From: a virus
Lineage: Duplodnaviria; Caudoviricetes
Reading direction: 5' to 3' (one strand)
IMG/VR virus record: IMGVR_UViG_3300025674_000014
DNA: 64,000 bases
Of this stretch, positions 1 to 11,500 are shown piece after piece. Position numbers and translations under genes: made by a program. Below the pieces are notes generated by a model. It was not told the origin of the DNA. It ran no database searches and saw nothing but the letters and a program-made list of their open reading frames with translations. Numbering within the stretch: position 1 is the stretch's first letter; each line of letters begins with the position of its first letter.

Positions 1-2976
1 ATTATCATTAAGTTTATTATTACCATAACTTGCTTCTGTACCAATATAAATTGAATTATCAAAGATAGTACCAAAACTATATTTACCAGATTCAAAAGCA
101 TACTTATCTACTGATTTGCCATCAATATAAAATTGAAACAAACCATTAGTTGTATCAAATGTTACTGTAAAATTATGATAACCTGGTGAAAGATTTGATA
201 ATGGGTAAGTTAAAGTTGCAGTTTCAAAAGTCTGAACATCGTAAATATTAGGTAACTTTATTTTACAGGTTATATTTTCACCATTATCAAAATTATTTCT
301 TAGATAATCATAATTATTAATGTTATAATTTTTTAAGAACCCGGTCTCAATATTAGATGTTATACCGGTTAAAGTATTTGAACTATTTTCTAAACTATCA
401 TCTACTCTAGAATAAACTAATTTACCATCTGTATTATTAGAGCTAAGACTTATAATAGATAAAAGATTGTTAATTTTCTCTTTACCGTAAAATTCATCAA
501 TAATATCGATACCTTTACCTACACTATTTTCAAATCCAGTTACTGAAGATAACATTACAATTTTAGATCCACCGAATCCAATTTGATTATCTAATTTATC
601 TATAACTGCAATTTTGTTATTATCGTAAATGCAATATAATGAACCATCTTCAATAAAGACGTAATCGTTTATATCAGCATCAATCTTTATACCTATGTTT
701 GTTGTTGCTATATCATAATAGAATAAATTGTTAGAGTTAATATAGTATATTTCATTGTTGTAAATTTTAGGATTATAACCAGATAGTAAAAATACCGAAC
801 TATCTTTTACAACAATACTTTGAGGATCACCACCACTTATATCGACAATTTTATAATTTAAATTATTATTTTGTTCATATGTAAGTGTGTTACAATCAAC
901 TCTATACCAATCATTGTTAATTAATACGAATGAAAAATTACCATAACTATAAAAGCTTTTATCACTGCTTGTTTTTAAGAATGGTAAAAATCTTTTATCT
1001 AATGTAGTACCAATATAGCTATATTTTGTAACATAACCTTCACTATCAAAGACTAAAAATATACTATTAGGTTCAAATCTTTGTACGCTAGTTATATTAT
1101 TTTCAGTTGTAATTGTTCTTATAACTGACCCTTGAGTGTTAAAAAGATAAACTTTATTACCTTCAAAAGCTACTGAATGGGGTGTTATTTTTCTATAATT
1201 AAAAATCCCGAACCCTTTATTAGTATAATTACCAATTATTTGGGATCCGAAAGGTAAGTTCCAGTTTTCATTACTAATATCAACGGATAAACTAAAATTA
1301 TCAAAAGGCGAAACAGAATCTAATGGTTCTGATAATACTTTAGCAAAATAATTACTATCAAAAATTATCTCATTTTCATATACTTTTCTATCATATGTAA
1401 TTGTAAAATAATAATCAATATTGTTAACAATAAGATTTGATGATAATGAATCAACAAATAATTTACTATTTTCATTACCTACATGATGATAAGCATATAA
1501 CGCCCCTTTTTCAAAAGTTAAATTACTCGTAACATCATATAAATCGTAAACATTATTATTGTTATTTGTAATTTGAGATAAACTTTCAAAATCAGTTTGA
1601 AGTAAAACATTATAAGGATTTACACCAACTAAAGCATCTATATAACTTAACTTTGATGGGTTATAATATCTATCTAACCAAACACCTTCATCATTAATAT
1701 CATTTCCACCAGATAACCAAGAGCAAAGATAAGCATTAGTTTGTGTATCTGAAACCCCTCCAAAAGGTGAGCTATATTTGTAATTGTTAAGCTTCTTAAA
1801 AATTTTATCAGAGTAGTACGGGTTATCGCTTGAAGTAGCTCCAGATATAGCTAAACTACTATCATTAATATTAAGTTTTTCATACGGATATATATTATAT
1901 GGCATATGAAAATAAGTTAATGCATCACTTTTAAAAGTTTTAGTTAAAGTGTAACTACTATATCCTAAACCAATATTTGAATTACCTTTTTCTTGTTTTA
2001 CACCGGTAAATAAATTTTCGTAATATCTATGTTTAAAAGAAGGCTGATTTAAAAATACACCTCCTTGTGATTGGGTGTTTTCTACTGTCTTTTGATTTTT
2101 TAAGTTAAGTATGTTTAAATTTAAATTTCTATTCAAATATGGGTCTATAGAATAATACTCATTATTGAAAAGATAATTAGTATCAAAATCATATGTACTT
2201 TTTTCTTCATCAACAATAATTTTAGTATTATCTAAACTTTGTTTATATGTATAATTAGAAGTAGAAATTATATCGTTTAAAGTAGATGTGTTAACTCTTA
2301 ATTTAAACAATTCAAAATTCTTAAATGGTTGTACTCTATTATTTGAAGGAGGTAGTTTAAATGATAGAGAGTTGGTTTCTTGAGAAACATATAAGTATTG
2401 AGTTTTATCGTAAATCTTTTTACTGAAAGAAATTACGTTATTATTTCTATCATAAACATATTGAAAGGTATTGATATCATTATTACCAATAGCATCATAA
2501 CCAGTTAACATTATAATTTCAGAGTTAACATAATTGTATGATAAGTATCTTACTAAATTACCTTCTGTATGTTTAATTTTACAATTAAGATTATCTATAA
2601 AAAATATTTCAAAGAATGATTTGTTATCTGAATAGTCTGCAAAGGTTAATTGAGTTAATGGATTTTTACCTGCAGGAATTGCAGATAAATACATGCTAGT
2701 TGATTCAGATATAATATAGGATGTAAAGGTATAATTTTCTGGTACATCTAATATATCAACTGATAAGAAGTCATTGTAATTGAAATCATCAGATAGAAAG
2801 AAAGAGGAATAATTGTTTATCGTAGTATCTTTTGTACCAGATAAACAATTATCCAATGTTAAATCAAACCCATGATAGCTATTACGATTAGTGTTTTTAA
2901 AACTAACGTTGTTGTCTAACTCATAAGTTGCACTTAAACTTGCAAATGTGGAACTATTAAGTACCTTTACTTCCAT
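1..2976 (-). CDS. Large putative virion structural protein with LamG/ConA-like segment; 3' end runs off the window (>992 aa); absent from the ORF track
   Basis: Manual translation from ATG 2976 (MEVKVLNSSTFASLSATYELD...) found no in-frame stop down to position 1; the edge reads YHNFTVTFDTTNGLFQFYIDGKSV (LamG-like); TAAATA lies 6 nt upstream. Confidence 0.8.
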   Translation of the reverse strand, partial: MEVKVLNSSTFASLSATYELDNNVSFKNTNRNSYHGFDLTLDNCLSGTKDTTINNYSSFFLSDDFNYNDFLSVDILDVPENYTFTSYIISESTSMYLSAIPAGKNPLTQLTFADYSDNKSFFEIFFIDNLNCKIKHTEGNLVRYLSYNYVNSEIIMLTGYDAIGNNDINTFQYVYDRNNNVISFSKKIYDKTQYLYVSQETNSLSFKLPPSNNRVQPFKNFELFKLRVNTSTLNDIISTSNYTYKQSLDNTKIIVDEEKSTYDFDTNYLFNNEYYSIDPYLNRNLNLNILNLKNQKTVENTQSQGGVFLNQPSFKHRYYENLFTGVKQEKGNSNIGLGYSSYTLTKTFKSDALTYFHMPYNIYPYEKLNINDSSLAISGATSSDNPYYSDKIFKKLNNYKYSSPFGGVSDTQTNAYLCSWLSGGNDINDEGVWLDRYYNPSKLSYIDALVGVNPYNVLLQTDFESLSQITNNNNNVYDLYDVTSNLTFEKGALYAYHHVGNENSKLFVDSLSSNLIVNNIDYYFTITYDRKVYENEIIFDSNYFAKVLSEPLDSVSPFDNFSLSVDISNENWNLPFGSQIIGNYTNKGFGIFNYRKITPHSVAFEGNKVYLFNTQGSVIRTITTENNITSVQRFEPNSIFLVFDSEGYVTKYSYIGTTLDKRFLPFLKTSSDKSFYSYGNFSFVLINNDWYRVDCNTLTYEQNNNLNYKIVDISGGDPQSIVVKDSSVFLLSGYNPKIYNNEIYYINSNNLFYYDIATTNIGIKIDADINDYVFIEDGSLYCIYDNNKIAVIDKLDNQIGFGGSKIVMLSSVTGFENSVGKGIDIIDEFYGKEKINNLLSIISLSSNNTDGKLVYSRVDDSLENSSNTLTGITSNIETGFLKNYNINNYDYLRNNFDNGENITCKIKLPNIYDVQTFETATLTYPLSNLSPGYHNFTVTFDTTNGLFQFYIDGKSVDKYAFESGKYSFGTIFDNSIYIGTEASYGNNKLNDN

Positions 2977-3003
2977 TTAAAATATTTAATACAGAAGCAT
3001 CAT

Positions 3004-5607
3004 TTAGTTTTCTCTTCTATCTTCAGCTTTGTAATATTCAAACCTTTCATGATAGCAAGGAGTTGCTAATAGAATTGCAGGTTTAATATGTCCCTTAACT
3101 GTTTGCTGATAAATGTATGACATCCAAGTTTGTTCAAACGGTGCTGCCCATTTCTCTTCAAGGAACATCTTCTTATTACCTTCTTTTGAAACTAACTGAG
3201 GCCAGTTACAATAGAATACCTCTCCATCAATGTAAGGTAAACCGTCCATATTGTAAATATGATTGTATTTAACTAATGGAGCGTTAGGATCTAAACCGTT
3301 AGCCGGTAAATATTTCTTTTCTGGCCATACTTGCTCTCTCAGTTCTTGAGGTACATTATACCAAGACCATTGAGTACGATTATCTCCAAAGAATTCAGTA
3401 AAGCAGAATTTAAGCAAATCAAATCCATGCTTTTCCATAATCTTGTGAGTCTTATCAAACAAGTTAGGTATATATCTTCTAAAACCACTTTCACAATAAC
3501 CAACTTCTTTATCGTGAATATACATATCATCTTCAAGAAAGATATAATAATCACCGTCTGTCTTGTCAAAGTGTTCGGCTACCCACTGTCTACCTCCGCA
3601 AATACCGATATTATCTCGTTTATGCTCTGTAAAATTATAAAGATCAAAAATAGCTTCATAATCAGCATCAGTAGATCTATCAGTCGAATTATTCAATACA
3701 ACTTTTTCACATTTCTCAAACCATTTATCAGTAGTTGACCAATTTTCACAAAGTCTTAAGAATTGAGCAGGTGAATTATAAGTGATCACGTAAAGATATG
3801 TCTTAAGATCTTCAATAGGTCTAGTTTTTCTCGTCGTGATTAACTCAACGGTATCATTTTTTAGATGCTCAAAGAAACATTCAAACAGACCGTCATCTCT
3901 GATCATGGTTCTGTCTACTAAATCTTCATGTTTGTAAGTCAAAATAGTGAATACACTCTCTTCTGTACCCATTTGACCTTCATCTAATGAATTTTTTAAG
4001 TAATCGTAGTAAAGACTATTAACTTTTGGTATATAATCCTTATGACCACCAAATACACCTGCTCTTGCAACGCGGGTTGTCTTATCTACATTACAATATG
4101 TGCGTAATCTTTCATGATCAAAGCCATGAATTTCATAATTTTCGTACGGAAAACATACGAATAAAAATTTCTGCAAGTAATGATGAATTTTATTAATAAC
4201 TTTATCGTGAGTAAAGTACCCTTGATGAACTGTACTAGTAATACCACCATCAACCCATAAGAAATAATCGGTATTAAATGGATTTGAAATAGCAGCATCA
4301 TTGAGTAAAAACATCTTACTCATTACCATTGGATTATACAGTTCTAACCCAGCCTGAGTACTCTCTGCGAGCCAGGATGCTTTGTTATACCAGTCTGGGT
4401 TAGAACGAATCTCTTGTACTTTGTCGTAGAATTCAAACCAAGTTTTAAACTCCTCAGCTTCTTTAATAATAACACTAGTGTTATCCCTACTTCTACGCTC
4501 CCATACGAAATCTTCATGTGCTTTTCCGATAAAAATAATCATCGGAGCATCAGTTTTTAATAGTTCATCAAATTTATCTAGATAATGTTGGAATGGTCTA
4601 TTAAACCCTCCCTCCATTTCTCCACGTTTAAGGTCCCAAATACCAGTCACTATAGTCGTTTTAGAAGGTCCTTCGTTAGATATTGTTCTCTTTGGTTCTT
4701 CTTTGTCTTCTACTATAGTTCCATCTTGGAAATAATCACCTTCTTCAACGTTTTCAGGTACATCTATAAAGTTACCATCGGCATCGTTTCTAAAACCATT
4801 ACCTTCAACGCAAAGGCCAAGTTTTTCAACCTCAACCCAACGTCTATTTGTCTTAAATTTCTCAATCTCACTACTATGGAAAGCCATAATATCACAACCT
4901 TCCTGATTAGTAAGAATGTAACCTGCAGCAATTAACCTATCAAATAGTTTAACTAACTTATCTTCTTCATTATTGAATAACTCAAACTTAATTACTTTAG
5001 GTAAGTATTTTTCTAAAGTAAATCCTAAAAACACTTCATAATCAAAACCTTCTGTATCAACTGTACAGAAATCAATCTTTTCAATACCGTGTTTTTCTAA
5101 TAGTGAATCAGCAGTAACTACATCTACTTCAATAAGATCACCGTGTTCTTCAAGTAATGCTTTAGTTTCAGCATCTGTTTCAAAGCCATTTTTAGGTGGT
5201 ATAAAAGAACCCATACCTACAATAGCTTCATGTAAACCATCTGATTCAATCTTACTCCATGGAATGTAACACATTAGCTCTTTTCGTTCAGTATCTGAAA
5301 CAGCTACATTCTCCGTAATACAACCTTCTGGTAATTCAGTGGTTACATACTTTGTAAGTGCTTTAAATGCATCAGGTATTGGTTCAACGAACATACCTCT
5401 CCATTTATATGTTACCATATATGCAGAAATAGTATCATGAAAAGTACCATCACAAGAACCAATCGATAGATTGAACATAGGGTCGCCTTTTCGACCATAG
5501 TGATGCAAAATTATATCATAAATTCTCTCGACTTGCCAGGTGTTGAATTTTGTTGAAATTCTACCTTCATAGTCATCCCCTACTATATGATTGTGAATAT
5601 TACTCAT
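3004..5607 (-). CDS. Three-domain fusion: FkbM-like SAM methyltransferase + HtrL/YibB-like glycosyltransferase + GT-A/GT2-like domain
   Basis: N-term SIGSCDG..MFVEP..NVAVS..IDFCTVDTEGFDYEV (FkbM pattern); middle TTIVTGIWDL..YNPMVMSKMFLL..NPFNTDYFLWVDGG (HtrL/YibB pattern); C-term YVITYNSP..FLEDDM. Confidence 0.75.
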   Translation of the reverse strand: MSNIHNHIVGDDYEGRISTKFNTWQVERIYDIILHHYGRKGDPMFNLSIGSCDGTFHDTISAYMVTYKWRGMFVEPIPDAFKALTKYVTTELPEGCITENVAVSDTERKELMCYIPWSKIESDGLHEAIVGMGSFIPPKNGFETDAETKALLEEHGDLIEVDVVTADSLLEKHGIEKIDFCTVDTEGFDYEVFLGFTLEKYLPKVIKFELFNNEEDKLVKLFDRLIAAGYILTNQEGCDIMAFHSSEIEKFKTNRRWVEVEKLGLCVEGNGFRNDADGNFIDVPENVEEGDYFQDGTIVEDKEEPKRTISNEGPSKTTIVTGIWDLKRGEMEGGFNRPFQHYLDKFDELLKTDAPMIIFIGKAHEDFVWERRSRDNTSVIIKEAEEFKTWFEFYDKVQEIRSNPDWYNKASWLAESTQAGLELYNPMVMSKMFLLNDAAISNPFNTDYFLWVDGGITSTVHQGYFTHDKVINKIHHYLQKFLFVCFPYENYEIHGFDHERLRTYCNVDKTTRVARAGVFGGHKDYIPKVNSLYYDYLKNSLDEGQMGTEESVFTILTYKHEDLVDRTMIRDDGLFECFFEHLKNDTVELITTRKTRPIEDLKTYLYVITYNSPAQFLRLCENWSTTDKWFEKCEKVVLNNSTDRSTDADYEAIFDLYNFTEHKRDNIGICGGRQWVAEHFDKTDGDYYIFLEDDMYIHDKEVGYCESGFRRYIPNLFDKTHKIMEKHGFDLLKFCFTEFFGDNRTQWSWYNVPQELREQVWPEKKYLPANGLDPNAPLVKYNHIYNMDGLPYIDGEVFYCNWPQLVSKEGNKKMFLEEKWAAPFEQTWMSYIYQQTVKGHIKPAILLATPCYHERFEYYKAEDRREN

Positions 5608-6952
5608 TATAAATTCCGTTCGTTATTTCATGTTTTGAGTGAGGTAAGTGGATAGGGTGTGGACCAATTCTATCTAACCAACCTTTGCTAGCGCTGTGAG
5701 GTAACACAGCCCATGATTTAGGTTCTTTTTCACTGCAGAACTTCAAAAAGAAACTTGCAGCATCTTTGGCACATTCTTCATCAATACGCCATCTACCTAA
5801 GTCTTCTCTAAAAATTTCTTCACCATCTGCATCATGAGCTGTACAACACCAGAAATCACAATCAGCATGATCAGGTGTTGTGATATCTGCATTAGCTATC
5901 CAAATATCTACACACCAGTTCCTACCAAATGCATTCTCCCAATCTTCTTTAGATGCAAATATTTCTGGATTATCTTTATAATTAGGTGTTGGTGGCTCGT
6001 TTAACTGAGGCCAAGTATACTCCATAACACCTCTTCTATCGAATTTGATACCTGTATAACATTCAAACTCTTCTAAAGTACGTTCAGTACCGAAACCATA
6101 CTTACCAAAGTCAAATGTTTGTTCTGTTTCATCCATTCCAAATAAAGTTCTGTTTCTGAAATGACACGCATTATTAACAGATGACCAACCATAACTACTA
6201 CCTGAATCTACATCATGGTCATCCCAATGTTTATCTCTTCCCTCTCTAGTATATTCATGCCAAGCAATAAGCTTATGAGGGTGAAATAGATCATAACCAT
6301 GGGTAAATGCTCTTGCTGCAATGCTAATCTCTTCTCCATGAAAATAATAATCAGGATCGTGAGGTATCTCAGTACAAAACTGACCTAAGGTAAAACAAAA
6401 ATGAGCAGAATAAAATCTGGATCTCATTGGTTCGGTTCTAACTCTATAATTAGGCATTGTAGCTGGTATAAAGAAAATAGCACCTTCTGGAATAAATCTA
6501 TCAAATTCCATAAACCAAGGATCGTTTTCTCTACCATCGGGGTCATTATGAGGTTTATATGAAGGTAAATATGCAGTAAGTAAAGGTTTCTTATGACCTT
6601 TCTTTTGTAATTGTTTTACCATATCAATGCACAAGGTATCCCAACCTTCTGCAAACCTGTGATGTGAATCTAGCTGAAGGGTATATGTTTCGCCTTTATA
6701 TTCATTCTGAACAATATTTCTAGCCCAACATACACCTCTGGCTTCTTTCCAATCTACATCGATAATTCTAAATCGTGGGTCGTTTTCAAACTCTGGAATT
6801 TCATCAAACGTATCACCTGGCTTAAATTGTCTACAAATACCAAATCTTAAATTCTCTGGTTTATTTGCATTATTAATACAGTCGTGTAACGTTTTAGGTA
6901 ATTCTGGGTCTCTATACGAAGCAATTTGTATAAAAATAGTTTCTTCTTTCAT
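5600..6952 (-). CDS. GT60-family polypeptide N-acetylglucosaminyltransferase-like protein (Gnt1/OGNT-like)
   Basis: IFIQIASYRDPEL, LRFGI, ARGVCWAR, LQLDSHHRF (DxH), YFHGEE motifs; no N-terminal membrane anchor. Confidence 0.85.
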   Translation of the reverse strand: MKEETIFIQIASYRDPELPKTLHDCINNANKPENLRFGICRQFKPGDTFDEIPEFENDPRFRIIDVDWKEARGVCWARNIVQNEYKGETYTLQLDSHHRFAEGWDTLCIDMVKQLQKKGHKKPLLTAYLPSYKPHNDPDGRENDPWFMEFDRFIPEGAIFFIPATMPNYRVRTEPMRSRFYSAHFCFTLGQFCTEIPHDPDYYFHGEEISIAARAFTHGYDLFHPHKLIAWHEYTREGRDKHWDDHDVDSGSSYGWSSVNNACHFRNRTLFGMDETEQTFDFGKYGFGTERTLEEFECYTGIKFDRRGVMEYTWPQLNEPPTPNYKDNPEIFASKEDWENAFGRNWCVDIWIANADITTPDHADCDFWCCTAHDADGEEIFREDLGRWRIDEECAKDAASFFLKFCSEKEPKSWAVLPHSASKGWLDRIGPHPIHLPHSKHEITNGIYNE

Positions 6953-6970
6953 AGCATCCTGTTATTATGT

Positions 6971-8497
6971 TTACTTTGGATCAACAATATCTTTAGTAAT
7001 CTTATCTAACCAACCATTATTATGGGTGTAAGGTATTACTGTATATGATGCAGGTGTTTCAGGGCATGTCAATGACATAGGAAATCTAGCTGCATATGGA
7101 TCTTGTCTCTCGTCGTAAATTTCTTGAATCTTACCAATGTCGTAATCTTCTCTCTTTAGCTCCTTACCTTCTGCATCATGCACACCTACATACCAAAACT
7201 CAGTATCTTCATAAGTCTCAGGTAACTCATCCCAAGGGACAAAGAAGTCTATACACCAGTTCTTACACCATTCTGTTTGATCATGAGGTGTAATATTTTC
7301 ATAACTAGGGTTTTTATAATCTCTACAATCAGGAGAAATAGCTCTTAGTTTAAAATTAATACCAGCGTACTCTTCATATTGTTCTACTGTTCTAACTTTA
7401 CCAAACCCATATTCATCCCCGAAGTTAATTTGATTAGGATCTTCACCATCCATACCAAACAGAATACGGTTACGCTTATGACATTGATCATTTACTTCAT
7501 ACCAGTCATATTCTCTACCGCTTGATCTATTATTATCATCCCAATGGTGAGGTCTACCTTTTCTTGTATATTCATGATATGCAATAATCTTATGAGGATG
7601 GAATAAATCATACCCGTGAGTAAAAGCTCTTACAGCAATACTAATCTCTTCACCGTGGAAGTAATAATTAGGGTCGTGAGTTACTTCTTTACACATCTTA
7701 CCAGATGCAAAAGCAAAGTGAGCTGAATAAAATCTACTTGGAATAGGTTCTCTTTGTTCGTCTCTTTCCATTGACGTGGGTAAAAAGAACATTGCACCTT
7801 CTGGAATGAATCTATCGATAATCATCTTCCAAGGATCTACTTCAAAACCATTAGCAAGCGTACGTTCACCTGTACCGTCTTTAAATTCTAACCAAGGTTT
7901 ATAGCTGGTTATGTAACCGGTAAATAGTGGTTTTTCGTGACCTTTATCTTGCATGTAATAATACATGCTTTTCATTTCTGAATCCCAGTGATCTACAAAT
8001 CTATGATGTGAATCAATTGCTAAAGTAAATTCATCTTCACACCATAAGTGTTGTAATGAATGTCTAGCCCAGCATGTACCGTGACCTCTTCTAGCATCTA
8101 CTTTAATTACTTGAAATCTATCATCATTTTGCATGAATTCGAACATGTCCTTATCATATTCATCATCTGGGTGCCATTGCCAGCAGATACCAAATCGTAA
8201 ATTTTCAGGGTTATCAGCCCTTTTAATCATATCTTTAATAGTTGGAATGAGTTCAGGGTCTCTATATGCAGCAATCTGAACAAAAATACGTTGATTACCT
8301 TTTCTATTTGGATCTACACTTTCATGGTAATATGTACCTACTTTATCCCAGGATTCATTTGTTTGTTGTTTACCTGGGGTGCTAATTTGTAATGAAGGGG
8401 TATCTTGTTGTGAATGTTGTACTTCTACAACTTTTTCACTACTAGTACTTTTTACAGACTTTAATCTATTTTTCCTAACAATCTTAATACCTGGCAT
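6971..8497 (-). CDS. Second GT60-family polypeptide GlcNAc-transferase-like paralog with ~70 aa N-terminal extension
   Basis: IFVQIAAYRDPEL, GHGTCWAR, IDSHHRF, SRFYSAHF, YFHGEEISIAVRAFTHGYDLFHP; C-terminal domain similar to the neighbouring paralog. Confidence 0.85.
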   Translation of the reverse strand: MPGIKIVRKNRLKSVKSTSSEKVVEVQHSQQDTPSLQISTPGKQQTNESWDKVGTYYHESVDPNRKGNQRIFVQIAAYRDPELIPTIKDMIKRADNPENLRFGICWQWHPDDEYDKDMFEFMQNDDRFQVIKVDARRGHGTCWARHSLQHLWCEDEFTLAIDSHHRFVDHWDSEMKSMYYYMQDKGHEKPLFTGYITSYKPWLEFKDGTGERTLANGFEVDPWKMIIDRFIPEGAMFFLPTSMERDEQREPIPSRFYSAHFAFASGKMCKEVTHDPNYYFHGEEISIAVRAFTHGYDLFHPHKIIAYHEYTRKGRPHHWDDNNRSSGREYDWYEVNDQCHKRNRILFGMDGEDPNQINFGDEYGFGKVRTVEQYEEYAGINFKLRAISPDCRDYKNPSYENITPHDQTEWCKNWCIDFFVPWDELPETYEDTEFWYVGVHDAEGKELKREDYDIGKIQEIYDERQDPYAARFPMSLTCPETPASYTVIPYTHNNGWLDKITKDIVDPK

Positions 8498-8531
8498 ATT
8501 TTATTTTATGCCAGGTATCGTTGATTTCAAC

Positions 8532-11500
8532 TTAGTTAATACATTTTACTTTATAATCAAACCATTCTTGATGTAAACGAACACAGTTAATGCAAGCTGA
8601 ATTATGAATACAAGCAGCATTATTAACATTAAGAAATGCAATTCCTACAAATTGTCTTGTTGAACCCCATAAATTTAAACAAGAATCATTAAAATCTAGC
8701 TGTTTACAAACGGTTACTACTTGATTAGTAAAAGTATTTGGCATGTTTGCGCCTATACTACACCATATTATTCCGTTACCAAAGCTAAATAAATAACATA
8801 CCGGGTAATTACTACTAGTGTTATTTCCATAAGATACATTTATTTTATAATATAAACAATCAATCATACTCATACAGTAATTAGAACTACAAACTGAACA
8901 TTTTACCATACATGCCTTATTTGCCATCATAGGAATGCAATTTGTACAACACATTGTATAATAGGCATACCACCCACCATCACTTCCCGGAAGACAAATA
9001 TTATGTACATATTGACCTCCGCATGTAAAACCACATGTGGTGTTTCTACAACAATAAGCTAATGAATAATTTTCACACCCTACATTTGCCAATATGTATT
9101 TACAACCGCAACCCCAACATAAACTAGTTGAATCATAACCGGCACAAAGATATTTGTCACACATATTATCTATATGATAATTACTCCACCAATTAGATTG
9201 CCATGCATAAATACATCTACCTGAATATCCGCAATCATAAAGATTAGCTAATGCACATAAATTACATGTACTACAAGCGGTATAAATAGCAGGCATCCAA
9301 GAATCATGTTGAGTATACCCAGACGGTTTTGGAGCACACCAACACCAATATAGAGGTGTACCTGAAGCTCGACAATTGTTTACGTAATAACTATAAGTAA
9401 AACAATTACTACTATCTGCCAACATATTTGTAGTTGCAAATGTCATAGCAGGGTTATATACTTCACAAGAATAACAAAATTTTATACATTGACCGGTAGT
9501 TAAAGTAGAATAATCTACAGAACATGTTATAGTGCTATATGAAGATACGTTAGAGTTAATAGTAGGGTAGTTATATGTAGCTTTAAATGTACCAGCGCTA
9601 CAAAAATAAGGGTCACACCCATATGTAATAAACCCGCCAAATGGAAAACATATTTTCCATGTCCATCCAAAAACACAAGAAGTGCTTATACATCTAACTT
9701 TATACCCGTAACCACTGGTTGGTGTACCCCAGGGTAATATATAGGTGTTAGAAGTATTACCATAATTGTCTGTTCTACTTGTCCACCAAGGGTGCGCTTT
9801 TGCTTGATTAAAGCATCTAAATCCTTGCGTACCTGTACATTTTGTTTCGGGCATTAAATTAGTACAAGCATAACTACCGCTGGTATAATTAGCACAGGTA
9901 TAGCTAGTTATTGTTGGACAAGTCGCGCCTGAACATATTAAATCAGTTACACTTGAACATTCATTAGGCACGGGAGGTGTGCTCGTAACTGTGGGTGTTC
10001 TTGTCTGTGTAGGTGTATGTGTACTTGTTCTGGTCGGCGTTCTCGTCTTGGATTCTGTAATAGACTTCGTTCTGGTTGGTGTTCTTGTCTTCGTTCTAGT
10101 ACGTGTAGGTGTATAGGTTGGTGTTCTTGTACGCGTAGGTGTTCTTGTTCTCGTGTTAGTAGGCGTTTGTGTACGCGTACGTGTGTAGGTTGGTGTTCTT
10201 GTACGTGTACGTGTACGTGTTTGGGTTGGTGTTCTCGTACGTGTACGTGAATGTGTAATAGATTTCGTTCTGGTTGGTGTTTGTGTACGTGTAGGTGTAC
10301 ATGTTCTCGTGCGTGTATAGGTTGGTGTTCTCGTACGTGTACGTGATTGTGTAATCGACTTCGTTCTGGTTGGTGTTCTCGTACGTGTAGGTGTTTGTGT
10401 ACGTGTACGTGTTTGGGTTGGTGTTCTCGTACGTGTACGTGATTGTGTAATCGACTTCGTTCTGGTTGGTGTTCTCGTACGTGTAGGCGTACATGTACGT
10501 GTTCTTGTTCTCGTACGTGTAGGCGACTGGGTTGGTGTTCTTGTACGTGTAGGTGTTTGTGTACGTGATCTTGTACGTGTACGTGTACGTGTAGCTGATT
10601 GAGTTGGTGTTCTTGTACGTGTAGGTGTTTGTGTACGTGTTTGGGTTGGTGTGCGCGTTCTAGTAGGTGTTTGTGTACGTGTCTTAGTTCTTGTTTGCGT
10701 TCTCGTACGTGTATAGGTTGGTGTTCTTGTTCTCGTACGTGTATATGTAGGAGTTTGTGTACGTGTATTTGTTGGTGTACGCGTACGTGATGCTGTACGT
10801 GTCGGTGTTTGTGAACGAGTAGGTGTTTGTGTACGTGTACGTGTTGCTGATCTGGTCGGTGTGCGTGTACGTGTACGTGTCTGTGTAGGTGTTTGTGTAC
10901 GTGTTTGTGTTCTCGTTCTACTTGGTGTAGGTGTTTGTGTTATTGATTTAGTACGTGTAACGGTTGGTGTTCTTGTACGTGTTACAGCTGGTGTTGCTGT
11001 TCTGGTAGGTGTTCTTGTACGCGTAGCTGTCTGAGATTTTGTTCTCGTTTGCGTAGCTGTACGTGTATTTGTTGGTGTTTGCGTACGTGTCGGTGTTTGT
11101 GTACGTGTCTTAGTTCTTGTTCTCGTACTCGTAGCTGTTCTCGTATTAGTAGCTGTCTGCGTATTAGATTTTGTTCTAGTAGCTGTTGGCGTTTGTGTAC
11201 GTGTCTTAGTAGCTGTTCTAGACTTAGTACGTGTTGGTGTTTGCGATCTCGTACGTGTATTGGTTGGTGTTTGCGTACGTGTAGCTGTTTGAGTGTTAGA
11301 TTTCGTTCTCGTCTGGGTTGGTGTTCTTGTACGCGTACGTGTAGATGTTTGTGTTGCTGTACGTGTTGATGTTGGTGTTTGTGTTCTGGATCTTGTACGT
11401 GTACGTGTCGGTGTATTTGATCTCGTACGCGTACGTGTAGCAGATTGTGTAGGTGTTTGTGTACGTGTCTTAGTTGACGTATTAGTAGCTGTCTGCGTTG

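Noticed and set aside
10156-10494. Alternative-frame minus ORF with TYTYENTN repeats, and similar short ORFs at 34156-34449 and 40486-40713
   Set aside because: Out-of-frame readings inside the TxT genes
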